Shown in pieces: positions 12,957 through 24,963 of a DNA stretch of 47,357 nt. Position 1 is the first letter of the stretch. Every line of letters starts with the position of its first letter. The stretch spans positions 1 to 47,357 of the forward strand of contig JAUCBJ010004964.1 of assembly GCA_032718475.1 (NCBI GenBank), in the 5' to 3' direction. The notes under the pieces are model-generated. The model searched no databases. It was not told the origin of the DNA and saw only the letters and a list, made by a program, of their open reading frames with translations. A program made the position numbers and the translations under genes. This DNA is from Nemertoderma westbladi (lineage: Eukaryota; Animalia; Xenacoelomorpha).

Positions 12957-13206
12957 CTGCTATTGGAGATCCCGCCATTAGAGCCACTCCGGAGAATAAA
13001 AGTGCCAACCCATATGCGTTCGTGAGCCTTTCCAGACCAACAAATTCAACAATAATTATTGACTGCAGAGAGACTAGGCAAGCAAAACAGACTCCAAAAA
13101 CTATTGAGTAAACCATGAGTTGCTCGTAAGATCTTGCGAAAGGCACTAATATTGTAGAAATCCCACCTATTATTTTTGCCCCATTGCTTATCATTAACGA
13201 ATCAAT
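12957..13206 (-). CDS. SLC16/MCT-family transporter exon (TM9-TM11)
   Basis: IDSLMISNG...IIIVEFVGLERLTNAYGLALLFSGVALMAGSPIA; AG/GT boundaries, phase 0 to 1. Confidence 0.9.
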
Positions 13207-13368
13207 CTAAAATGTAAAGATAAACAGTTAAATAAAATCAATACTAGGGAGTACAATAAAAATCAATACTGCCATCCCAATATTATTACGAGAAAAGTAT
13301 GCGCTAACACGAAAGTTTCCTTTCAGCGGAATTCTATAATTTCATATAATTATTATATAATATAATTA

Positions 13369-14279
13369 CACCATGTCCCGTAATATAGTGTCATTTTCTA
13401 ATGACACGGACCCCACCCCCAGATTTTTTACAAATCTTTATCATATTGCTTGAAATTTGAAGCACAACCACTTCCACTCACCGTCGATGAATCCATGAAG
13501 CCGGAATTTTCGATTTTGCCTTTAAATTTTATTTATAAGTGTTTTAAAAAAGTGTCTTTTGCGAAATCGCACCCTCAGTATCGTGGCCATTCTTCGCATT
13601 AGTCGTAACTTTTTTATATCATTAAAAAGCTCGCGTTGCAAGGATTCCAAATTTGTAACAATATCTGAATTTCGTTGAGAAACAGCTGAGATATAGGCGT
13701 TGAAAGATTGCAAGAATTATCGTTCACTGCAGGCCATTTATTCTATTAAATAAATACACAAAATTCTAGAATGTGTTATTTTTTTCATGAGTTGGCTGGC
13801 AACAGCGGTATTCCTATCCAATATATCTATTGTGTAGCTATTCATACTTAAACAAAATGTTCCAGAACATCGTGTATTTATTAAATAGAATAAATGGCAT
13901 CTAGCGAACGATAATTCTTGCAATCTTTGAACGCCTATATCTCAGCTGTTTCTCAGCGAAATTCAGACATTGTTACATATTTGGAATCCTTGCAACGCGA
14001 GCTTTTTAATGATATAAAAACGTTACGACTAATGCGAAGAATGGCCTCGATATTGAGGGTGCGATTTCGCAAAAGACACTTTTTAAAACGCTTATAAAAA
14101 AAATTTAAAAGAAAAATCGAAAAATCCGGCTTCATGGGGTCAACGACGGTGAGTTGAACTTTAGGGGGTGTAGTTGTGTTTCAAATTTCAAGCAATATGA
14201 TAAAGATTTGTAGAAAAATCTGGGGGGGGGGGGGGGGTCCGTGTCATCAGAAAATGACACTATATTACGGGACATGGTG
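13369..14279. mobile_element. ~910-bp fully palindromic foldback MITE (termini CACCATG...CATGGTG), TA TSD
   Basis: The two halves are reverse complements around ~13830; TA at 13367-13368 and 14280-14281. Confidence 0.88.
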
Positions 14280-14529
14280 TATATCAGTTACCTTGATAAT
14301 ATATTAGGTAATTTTTATAAAATATTTAAGAATTGTCTGCTACTTTACCGAGATAAACTGTAGCAATTAATGTGCGACTGGTCCAAGTAAATTTTATTTC
14401 GTTCCGATTGAATCACAGAATATTGCAAAATTAATTAAATTATTCTGGAACGCCAGTATTTCCATCCTTAATCTCCCCTTTTGTTTTTCGCATTCTCACA
14501 ATTTCAGTAGATCCGTAATGAACACGACC

Positions 14530-14990
14530 AATCTCCGCGTTTATAAAGATAGATAGGGACATTCGACGCAATCAAAATTCATCCACAGAATTTAAGATTT
14601 TGCATTTAAATTTTTGTTTTTATTATATTTTTACTTATTTATATTAATTCATATTATTATTTAGAATTTTCTTGAATAGAATCTTCATGAAATTTAACCA
14701 TTCGTATCAAAGTTTGTATTTTCTTCATCTCAGCTAATAGCTAATCTATTAGGATTTCGAACTCAATCAAACGAGACATCTCGGCAGAATATAAGGAATC
14801 GTTTCAGCATAAAGTTTCTAATGACATCAACAAAGTCGTGATGAATAATGAAGAACCAATGATACGAAGGGCACAATTTAAAAACACTAATAAAAAAATA
14901 TAAAGGCAAAATCTAAAATTCGGTCAGGGCAGTAACATTTGTGTTTCAAATTTCAAGCTGGATAACGATTTTGAGAAAAATATGGAGAAA
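14530..14990. mobile_element. Old, diverged palindromic element related to the CACCAT foldback family
   Basis: Imperfect inverted symmetry (AATTTAAGATTTTGC vs GCAAAATCTAAAATT); shares GTGTTTCAAATTTCAAGC with 14176. Confidence 0.4.
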
Positions 14991-15189
14991 GTAAAGGGAG
15001 TCTTTCGTCAATGTTCTCAATTTTATTTTTTATTCGGTTATATGTAGGCCTATCATATGGAACTCATGGTTATTAATACCCTGTAGACAAACTATGTACC
15101 CCTAGGTAGGAACTTTTTATCGATGAAAATAAAGTTCAAAAAGAGCAAATTATGCAAGATATACTGTAGTTTTATTGAGTATTTCTTAC

Positions 15190-15335
15190 TTTTGGATGGT
15201 CAGAAACATATCCGCATAAAATTCGCCCCAGTGTGTTTGATAATCCTATAATGGAGATGAGAAGTGATTGTTTTTCTACAGATTCTCCAAGTTTTCTCGC
15301 GACCTTGGGAAGATAGACGAATGGTATGAAAAAAC
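15190..15335 (-). CDS. SLC16/MCT-family transporter exon (TM7-TM8)
   Basis: GFFIPFVYLPKVARKLGESVEKQSLLISIIGLSNTLGRILCGYVSDHPK; CAG/GTAAG boundaries; phases fit both neighbours; absent from the ORF track. Confidence 0.9.
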
Positions 15336-15856
15336 CTGTAACAATAGCAATAAAATCCTATATAGTTACAGTATAATAGAACATCCTATAGTATCCTAGT
15401 TATAATGGAATCGTAACGGAGTTTAATGCATGAAAAATATTTACAAAACAAAACGAAATTCCTTTATTCGAATGGCAGTTTGCTAAAACTTGGAAAGGTG
15501 AGCCTACAGTACTGTAGGCCTATAAGAGTAACAACCGGAGATGACTTATTGGCTATAGCGTGAGTGATGGTATACGGTACTTCGCACCGTACGTGCAATA
15601 GCATTGTTGGTGAGACAACATTATCTAGTAAATGCCATTATATTACAAGTCAACAAGAACCCTGTTATTTATTACACTTGGTTGGACCGACAGCAGATTC
15701 CCTGAGCGAAACCGGAAGGCACGTGGGAAGGGAGGTAGTCATTTCTACTAAAGAGCGCCTGTGGAATCGGATAAGGGTTTTTCGAACATCTCACCCACTC
15801 GACGAATGATATCCCTCTGGTGACCTTAGCCGGAGGAGTTCCCTTACAACTTTACT

Positions 15857-16467
15857 GTGGGGCGAGACACGTAGTCGGCGAGCCTTGGCATACGGTTCAT
15901 ATAGGGCAAATGGGGCATGTCCGTCTGTCTGTCTGTCCGTCCGTCTGTCTGGTAAATGTTTGAACGCGAATTTCTCTGCATCGCTGGTTCGGAATTGAAC
16001 CAAACTTAGTAGGTAAGTAGTAGAGAGAAAGTTTAGAAAGTTTGTAAAGTTTGGTGAAAAATCATGCAGTCTGACGTCAGCTACGACAGATTATGTAGTT
16101 TTTAGAAAATGTTAAATTTCTCGGGAAGGCCTCATTTTCCTGAGCTGAAATTTTGGTGGCCTGTAGAGAATCATGAAGTCTATCTTTTACGACATTGAAA
16201 AGTTAAGACATTTAATTGGGGATCCGCTAGAGACTCAGAAGTAATGACATAGGCCTACCGGTACGGTACTGCTGTACAGTGCTGCACTGGTAAGTACGAA
16301 ATTGCAGAATAACAATTTGACACCACCTAGCGGATTAACATATGATTGCATATCGAATGAATACATTTATAGCATGGGATATTGGGTCCAAACTAGACAT
16401 GCCCCATTTGCTCTATATGAACCGTATGCCAAGGCTTGCCGACTAGGTGCTGCGCGAAGTCCCCACG
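15857..16467. mobile_element. DINE-1/HINE-like non-autonomous element with 50-bp inverted repeats and a (GTCY)n microsatellite
   Basis: 15872-15921 inverted vs 16396-16445; GTCTGTCTGTCCGTCC at ~15919-15950; family assignment is inference. Confidence 0.55.
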
Positions 16468-16475
16468 AACGTGTA

Positions 16476-16730
16476 CTACTACTACTACTACTGTATCGAC
16501 ATGCTGCATTGTCGCTGCATTATACAGTATATATATATATACCTATATATTAAGAATATTGTACCGTCCTTTCGAGAAAATTGCGCCGCCACAACTCACT
16601 ATATCACCCATGACATTTTCTAGATCATTCCCATTTTCAAGGCCAGTTTCCTTTAAGAAGCGTCTCAAGAATGTTATGGCCTGTCCACATGCTTATTCCC
16701 TCCATGAGGCCGCCAAAGCACAAGTGTAAC
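16476..16730 (-). mobile_element. Short 3' fragment of the RTE LINE family
   Basis: Matches 19260-19470; CTA-repeat tail at 16476-16492. Confidence 0.8.
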
Positions 16731-16734
16731 TTTG

Positions 16735-16888
16735 TTGATAGGCCGGCATAGCATTCTTTATGCACGCTGCATTGTGCTTATGCCAATTGTGGATTGCATG
16801 GTGGTGACAAAATATTTTTGTTAAGCTGGCACAGCATCGCAATGTGCAGTTTCAATGCAGCAGGCCGATTATAGTAGTTTAGTAGTAT
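16735..16888 (+). mobile_element. RTE LINE 3'-UTR fragment in the opposite orientation with a (TAG)n tail
   Basis: GCCGGCATAGCATTCTT and CAATGCAGCAGGCCGAT..TAGTAG are reverse complements of 3' UTR motifs at 19260-19310. Confidence 0.6.
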
Positions 16889-17039
16889 AGCCTACTATTA
16901 TACCTGTGGAAACGTTTTATTATTATTCCCACACTTATTAGGCCTACAATCACAATGAACAGATGCACTTTGAGACACTGTACAGTAGATAGATACAGCA
17001 CTGTAGTAACTAGTAATGTACAATAATTAAAGTATTTAC

Positions 17040-17699
17040 CTGCTGAGACCAGAAATCCTGAAAAACAAATACTGAAAAACACCGGATTCTTCATGAGGCT
17101 AAAGTTCAACATATTTTTGAGCACCTCTACAAGAGGTTCGCAATTGCATTTTCTAAGACCAATTGACATTTCCTCATCGGACATGGCCTGTGGAAAACTC
17201 AGGGTTGTATGATGGGTATGGTATAGTGATCCTGGGTAAAATATATCTTTTTGGGAAAGCGGGGGAATCACAGAATGTTGGGATGAAGTGCTGTAGAACA
17301 CAGTGGAATCGCTAACTTTCGATTTCAGCTGTCGGACATCGTCAGGGTCGGTAGTTTCTTCGGGGATACGGGTGAATGTTTGCCGGCCTTGGGCGGCAGT
17401 GCCCCGTCTTCCGAGGAACGGTGTTCCGGTAGGGGTCGAGTACCTCAGATCGCTGGCTGGTGATATCGACGCTACGCGACCGTGTGGTGTGCTCAAACTC
17501 GACGCTCCCAATAAAGAACCCGCCGCAATTGAGAATCTTTTTGTGAGGAACAACTCGGCGTAGTGGTCGTATAATTGGCTGCCAGGTTGCCCCATCAGCA
17601 TCTGTCTCCCAATCAATGTGGATCGAACCCTGGGAGATAAGTGGTAAAGTTCCCTTTTCTCCTCCTCTTCTACGATTGGCCGATACACCAAACTGCAGA
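17040..17699 (-). CDS. SLC16/MCT-family transporter exon (end of TM6, large cytoplasmic loop, start of TM7)
   Basis: VCSLVYRP...PPLSQKDIFYPGSL...LKNMLNFSLMKNPVFFSICFSGFLVSA; the acceptor at 17700-17701 keeps the frame; phase 1 to 1. Confidence 0.88.
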
Positions 17700-18197
17700 C
17701 TTAAACAAATAAATATAAGTTTAACAATAATTAACTAACAAAATAATATAAACTAAAAGGTAGGCCTAATAAAATTCAATAAAATAAAACTGAACTAAAG
17801 ATGCGAGAGCTTGCTTACATGGAAGTTACTCAGTTCGAATGCGAATGGCCGGGCTATTAACCTCAATGAAATTCGACCACAGAATTGGAGGGGTGGGGGT
17901 TGAACTGGGCTTAACTGCAGAACCCATGAAACTTTTAAGGTAGTGATAGTTTCACCACCCGCCGCCGACTAGTAGGCTAGAGTAGGTAGTGGGTGAGTCA
18001 GAATTTTAATTTTCGAATTCAATTTCAACGATTTCAACTTTGCAAGCAATTTTTGAAGAAATACGTTTTGATAATAATAATAAAGAGACTTTTGTTGCTG
18101 AAATATTAATTTATGTAGCCATACTGTAATGATTAATTCTACATGCATATTAACATTTTAATATGCTAGATCAAATCTCGCCGTTCCCGTAACTTAC

Positions 18198-18419
18198 CTG
18201 AACATAATACAACGATCCCAGCAAATATATACAAAACATTTTTCCAGTCCATACCCATACCGGTAGTATCGTTCATTAACCAGGTGATCAGTACAGGAAA
18301 GACCATTGTGCCAACACCTGATCCCGACACGGCGATACCAGTGGCTAGGGACCTGCGTCGATGGAACCAATGGCCAATTATAGCGATGCCCGGAAGGTAG
18401 AGCAATCCAAAACCTATAC
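18198..18419 (-). CDS. SLC16/MCT-family transporter exon (TM4-TM6)
   Basis: GIGFGLLYLPGIAIIGHWFHRRRSLATGIAVSGSGVG, the SLC16 signature; TAG/GTAAG boundaries. Confidence 0.93.
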
Positions 18420-19071
18420 CTATAATATCAAAAGTACAGTAGAACAAATTGATGTAACTGTATATTATGCGGATCACTATAAAAAATTTCATAAATCCAT
18501 TAAGTTTTAAACCCACTAAACACATAGTTTGTATCTGTGGTAGTTTTACGTCAGATTGACTCGGTCGGGGTCTCAGATGACTAATATTTACATTGGCATT
18601 TCGCACATTAAATTTTTATTGGTAATTTGAATATCAAAACAATTTCAGCAAAGGTAGGCAAATTAACCTGGGGCAAACCTGAGGCAAACCTATCTGAGGC
18701 AAATTATTCTTTCAATAATTTAACTTCTAAGTTCGAAAAATATTGTAGGTTTAATACTGTATAAATAATGTATCTAGGTTAATGACGTTTTAATAAAAAA
18801 TATATGTGCCCATACAGAAGTTAAACAGAACATTTGGTTTGGAATTTTTGTATTTTTATGTCGCTAAACCATAGGGCCTACCTCGCTGTGCCACTTACTG
18901 TCGCCCAATTCCGTCTATTAGTCTGGGTGGTTGTTTGTGAATTATCTTTTTTTTAAGAAGGCCTATAACTTTTAGTGCCCTTGATAAAGTCCGGTGAAAT
19001 TACGTGCCAATTTTATTCGCAAATTTGTGTCTCACCTGCTGATCAACGCGGTAAGCAACTAAACAACTAAC

Positions 19072-19215
19072 CTCCAATAAATCCGAACGAAACAATCAGC
19101 ATATCCACTGTTGGAGAATATGTGGCCGCGACAAATGCAGCTGAGGTTATGAACGATCCACAGATAGCAACAGCCCTAAACCCAAACATATTTGACAATC
19201 CACTGGCAATTGGTC
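19072..19215 (-). CDS. SLC16/MCT-family transporter exon (TM2-TM4)
   Basis: GPIASGLSNMFGFRAVAICGSFITSAAFVAATYSPTVDMLIVSFGFIG; CAG/GTTAGT boundaries; 144 bp, phase 1 to 1. Confidence 0.9.
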
Positions 19216-19259
19216 CTGCAACATTGATTTACGGTAGTGCTAAATATGAACTATGACTA

Positions 19260-21433
19260 CTAGGATCGGCATGCTGCATTGCATTACATTTAAGAATGCT
19301 GTGCCGGCTTGTCGAAAAAAATTGCGCCGCCACAACTCCCTATCACCCATGACATTTGCTAGATCATCCGTATCTTCAAGGCCAGTGTCCTTTAAAATGC
19401 GTCTCAAGAAAGCCATGGGCTGTCCACCATGCTTATTCACTCCATGAGGCTGCCAAAGTACAAGATTATGCACTGGCTGGTCCTCACGGGGAAAGCAATG
19501 TCCTGCAAAGCGGAGGCGATTTCGTTCTAGTGTCAAGCTTGGGGGAACCAATGAGACACCTCCAATGTTATATAATGTCTGGTTGGAGATGTGTGCATTG
19601 TACTTGACACAATGAACACGGCGTAGCATTCTTGTGAATGTGCCATCCAGAGATTTGGTGGCCTCGGCTGTTAGAGCCCAGCATGGACTCCCATAGAGGA
19701 GTACTGGAACTACTGCTGCTCTAAATAATCGGACCTTAAGTTTCCGATTAATTCTCGGTGACTTCCAAATCCTGGAAAGGCTATTCAAGGCTGCCCATGC
19801 CTTTCCCTTACGTATTCGAAGGTCCTCACCTGACTTTCGGATCCATGATCCCAGTTAACAGAAGACATCCACATGCTCAAGCATACCATCCTTTGAGCTT
19901 GCTCATCCTGCCAAAATTAACTGCCAAAATTTTGGTCTTTCTGGAGTTAATAAAAAGACAAACACTAGAAGCAGCATGTTCTAATGAGCTGAGGAGTCGT
20001 TGGGATCCCTCTAGTGATTCTGAGAGTACTCCTAAGTCATCAGCAAAGTCTAGATCAGTTAGGTACTTGGCAGGATTTCCTCGACTTCTGGAGCCAGTAG
20101 ATGGAGTTATCATCACCCCATCATCATTATGATGATCTAAGGACATGCGTAGAACATAGTCAACCACAATTATGAACAAGAATGGTGCAAGTGTGTCTCC
20201 CTGTGGAGGACGCCCCATAACACTTCAAATGGTTCTGTGTCACCGTCAACAGTAGACACAAATGTTGTCGAACCATCGTATACTGATCTGATTGCTGCAA
20301 TAATTTCATCAGGAATCCCATATAATGAAAGTATGCTAAACATACGTGAGCGAGAGACTGAATCAAAGGCCTTGAAGAAGTCAACAAAGATAACAGCCAG
20401 ATGCCTGTCTTTCTTTTTTGATAACTCTTCAATTATCCTTCTAAGTGCCAAAATGGGCTCCATGGTCCCACGACCTTTACGGAACCCATTCTGATTTCCA
20501 CGGAGCAATCGAGATCAATGAGATTCCCCGAAAAGAACCATAGAGTGTTAGGTTGCCCTTCTTGGGAACTGGCACCAACTTATTTGTTATCATTTCTTGT
20601 GGGACTCTTGTTGTTCGGTACATGAGTACTATGATGGGATAGGTGAGCTTTAAACACTCAGGTATTTTAAAAACCTCAGGGGGAATACCATCTACTCCAC
20701 TGGCACGATTGGTCTTAATGCTCTTTGCAGCAGCCTTCACTTCTGCAAATGAGATATCACCAATGGGAATATCTGGGAGTACAGACTCAGACACTTTTAC
20801 TTCTATAGAGTTATCATGCCATACCCTGTCATTATTGAGGAGCTTTTCAAGTTTTTCGAGCTTTTAAAGTGGGCTTTCCAACCATTGAGGCGATCGGCTG
20901 GTGATTCAGCCTTAACCTTGGTGGTTGGTTGGCTTTTCCACCCAGTAAGCAAGTTGATCGATTTCCATGCCTGGGATGATTGCCTGCTGTCGTCGGCATC
21001 ATTGATGGCATCAACCTGTTGGTTTATTAGCTCCTATAGATTAACAGAGTACTGCCTGTTCAGGCACCTAGATGCAGCCTTAACTGCATTCTTGGCCGCT
21101 GTAGTCTGTTTGAGTCGGGACTCTTTCTGCGCCTTCTATACAGTAGGTAATTTCGGCACTTCTGAATTTTGTTGTCAGTCCAGGGGGCCCTTTTCCTGTT
21201 TCGAGGGTATACAGGAACTGTTTCTGCAGCTGCTAACTTAACTGCTTCTGTGAAGGCAGTATAGCCCTCACAGTGATCTGCCGCCTCAGAGGCAAGAGCC
21301 TCATACCTGTTGCTCAGCTGTAGTGTGAAGCTGGATCTCACACTTGGCTGTTGCAACAGAGAGGACCAGTCATGCCGCGGCAAGGTAGATTTCGTTGTTC
21401 TGCTAGCACGCAGACTTAAGTCTTACCTTGGCC
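19260..21433 (-). mobile_element. 5'-truncated, frameshifted RTE-clade LINE (RT domain plus 3' end), probable 15-bp TSD
   Basis: RASGVDGIPPE, FRGISLISIA, QNGFRKGR, FVDFFKAFDSV, QGDTLAPFLFIIVVDY, DLDFADDL, VLLYGSPCW; TATGAACTATGACTA (19245-19259) vs TATGAGCTATGACTA (21434-21448). Confidence 0.93.
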
Positions 21434-21623
21434 TATGAGCTATGACTATGAACTATGAGATGAGGCCCGGTTCACCCTTTAAATTTTTCATCACAACTAA
21501 CAGTAACTGTACCTATGTACTGTACATAGCAAACAAGACAATACTGTAATATGTGTAGGGCCTACCCATAAACCGGGATTGTTTTTGTAGTAGCTAGTTT
21601 TTTCTACTTCTTTTTTTGGTAAC

Positions 21624-22292
21624 AGTTCCGTATAGAACTGCATTTTTATAACATACATCATTGTTACCATGGCTACAGTGAAGAGTTCTAGAACAAAAAA
21701 TATATAATATACACTATTCTAGAACAAAAATAAAATAAATAAAATAAAATAATTATTGTTCTAGAACATATAGCTAGTAATTTTTTAAATTTAAAATAGC
21801 TAGTAATTAAAAAAAAATTATTTATTTATATTATTATTAAAAAATGTATCTACCGGTACCAAATTGTATTATTAGTTAAATTTACTAGCTATTTTAAAAT
21901 TAATAAAACCTAGCTATATGTTTTAGAACATTATTATTTTTTATTTTATTTAAGTACCGGTAATATTATATGTATTATACACTATTCTAGAGCATAAATA
22001 ATACAAATAATATAATGTTCTAGAACATATAGCTAGTTATTTGTCAAATTTAAAATTGCTAGTAATTCAAAAAAAATTATTTATTTATGAGAAAATTTAT
22101 CTACCAAATTGGATATTTTTTTAAATTTACTAGCTATTTTAAATTAAAAAAAAATAGCTATATGTTGTAGAACATTATATTTTTATTTATGTCCTAGAAT
22201 AGTATATAATACTTTTCTATTGTTCTAGAACTCTTCAATGTTGCCATAGTAACAATGACATATGTTTTAAAAATGCAGTTCTATACGGAACT
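21624..22292. mobile_element. AT-rich foldback element containing two directly repeated internal hairpins
   Basis: AGTTCCGTATAGAACTGCATTTT at 21624 is inverted at 22270-22292; many GTTCTAGAAC and TAGCTA palindromes. Confidence 0.75.
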
Positions 22293-22359
22293 CTAGCCCT
22301 TTTTTTTTATGTACTATTATATGTATTATATATTACATTATTACATTACATTATATTAT

Positions 22360-22890
22360 ATGTACTGTCATAGTAGCTATACTTTAATAATAAAAAAATG
22401 CTCTAGAATAAATATTTTTTGTTCTAGAACATAGAACGATCAAAAAAAGAATTAAATTTATTAGAAATTATTTGTTATGTGTTATAAATTGTTTATTTAT
22501 CTATAAACATTAATAGTTACTAATTTGCAGGCTAGATAGTGATTTTGCATGTTAGCTATTATTTCAAAAATTTCAAAAATTATTTGCTTTGTGTAATAAA
22601 TTGTTTAATTATCTATAAACATTAAGATTATATTGTAGTTGTTATGGAAATATAAAAGGAAAGTATAATTTTGAAATAATTATTTAAATAATAGCTAAAT
22701 TGCAAAATCACTAGCTGCCTGAATATTAGTAGCTATTAATATTTATAGATAAAAAAACGATTTATTATACATAACAAATAATTTCTAATAAATTTATTTT
22801 AAAAAAATGTTCCAGAACAAAAAATATTTGAACTAGAAAATATTTTTTTACTTAACAATAGCTAACATGAAATAGAATACAGTAGTTCTA
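22360..22890. mobile_element. Second AT-rich imperfect foldback of related composition
   Basis: TTTATTAGAAATTATTTGTTATGT (~22457) is inverted at ~22768-22793; symmetry extends outward. Confidence 0.6.
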
Positions 22891-23049
22891 AAAAAAGTAG
22901 CAAAAGGTAGCTAGGCCTATATTAAAAAAAAATATGGTCATACACATACTGGTATTATAGTAATGCCAGCAAACAATAGGCCTTCAATAACTCATTGTTG
23001 GCTGTAAAATAAAGTACCTTAGAGTTTATATACCGGATATCTTACTTAC

Positions 23050-23533
23050 CGCAAAGTTGGTAAACACCATTTATTGAGCTTCCGACAAACACTATTTTCC
23101 ATTCATCAGCTGTTTTGAAATGCTGTTTAAAAGATGAAACCAAAATTCCAAACGAGAAGCAAATTCCATCTAGTATGACATTGTTTGTGAAGGCTGCCAA
23201 CAGAATCACCCACCCCCAACCACCGTCTGTCGTGGTCTTTGCCGCACATACCTCACAGTTATTTTGCCAACTAGCCACTGAACAATGGCCGCTTTTTCTT
23301 GGTTGTTGGGTTTGCAAATCCGTTCGCGGGTTCGCTTTATGATTACCAACTGCTTCTTCCGACAACCGCGGCTCTACACTCTCACCTATATCATCAACAG
23401 ACAATGGGGGCAGACTCTGACTACTTCTCGTTCTATACCGTATTCGTTTTCCCTCTAAATCAAAATGGACGTTGGGATTCGAACGAGATCTCCTAAGTTT
23501 TTTAATCATCCTTTTATGTGGATGATTTTTCAA
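23050..23533 (-). CDS. SLC16/MCT-family transporter, most 5' recognisable coding exon (N-tail, TM1-TM2); true start uncertain
   Basis: DGGWGWVILLAAF..N.ILDGICFSFGIL motif; donor G|GTAAG at 23049; acceptor TTTAG at 23534; in-frame ATG at 23509. Confidence 0.88.
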
Positions 23534-24424
23534 CTAAAGATTCTAGAATTTATATATTAAATAATACTGTTTGTACAGTTATAGCTATATAGGTAATGTT
23601 GAATACGTAGGTACTGTGGATAAATAATTATTAAATTAAGTTTATTTTATTGTACAGTTTTAAAATTATTTTAATTATTTCGAAAACTTTTTGAACCATA
23701 TACAGAGGTACATCAACGGGTACGATAGTGATAAATCTCTGCACCAATAAATCCTTTATACTGCAGCTGGTCTATATTACTATATATTGACATTTTATTA
23801 AAGTAATTTTATTTTTAATGTATTATTTATTTCATTTTGTTTTACCTTTTATTGCTTTTAGCCTACTTTATTTCATTCTGTGGTGCGTCTCTTGCATGGT
23901 TTTAATATTGCACAGTTATTGTGTATTTTTACCTGCGATAACTATTTAATTTAATTTAATTCGTAAATTAACATAGCAACGATAGTACAGCATACATTGA
24001 CTATTAAAAAACCATATTAAATTGCAAATGTCATGGTCGCAAGTATAGGCCTACCCTACATGCCTATTTCCTAGCGACTGTACAACATGTAATACTTACA
24101 GTATAAAAATATAATGTAACAGTAGATTAAAAAAATGGAAAAGGGGTGTGGGCACAATGAAGTACCCAACCATTAATGTGCTCCTAACTTAATAGCTAGC
24201 CATTTTGTACAATATAGTCATATCGTTATAGAACAATGTATTATTATCTATGCTTCCTGTGGATTATTATATTAAATTATTCTACTGTAGACTAATTTTA
24301 ATTTGTTCTAGAACTGTTTTAAACCGGGTAGCATTTTATTAATTGAATTATTTATGAAATATTTCCTATACATGATTTATTTGCTAGTTGACCCATTTTC
24401 TATGTGCGGTTAAGCAATTTGACC

Positions 24425-24780
24425 CTGCTCAGAATTTTTATTTTATCTTTGTTCTCATTTATTTTTTAGCTAAAAGCGTTTTAAAAAAAGGTGTCTCCGT
24501 CGATATTGTACCGGTTACAAAGCAGTTATTCTTAAACCTTATTGTAATTTGTTAGTACTTTTAGAAGGCTGGCCGTGCAAGGATTCAAAATATTTAACAC
24601 AATCTGAATTTCGTCGTAAACTAGCTGAGATACGAGCGTTCAAAGTTACGTGGTTTTGCACCTCTGCGAGACTATTTTATTCCATTTAATAAATACATCA
24701 TATTCTGGAACATTTTGTTTATTTATCCCGCAATACGTAGCTGGTCAACCCAGCTAATACCTCTTTTATCATACTGTTAT
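24425..24780. mobile_element. Partial arm of the CACCATG foldback family
   Basis: Aligns by eye with 30225-30510 and 13500-13790 (GCAAGGATTC, AATCTGAATTTCGT, AGCTGAGATA). Confidence 0.6.
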
Positions 24781-24963
24781 GGCATACTACACTATATACA
24801 CTGTCTAATAAGCTGCATTATGAGGCCATCCAATCGGCTAATTATTATGTTTTTTATTACAGGTTTTTTATTACAGGTTTTCCTGTTGGGCTCTCATTTT
24901 TATTTAAGTTGCTGCTAGGCATTGAAAATTTTTTGAGTGATGCGTTTAAATACGTTTATATTA

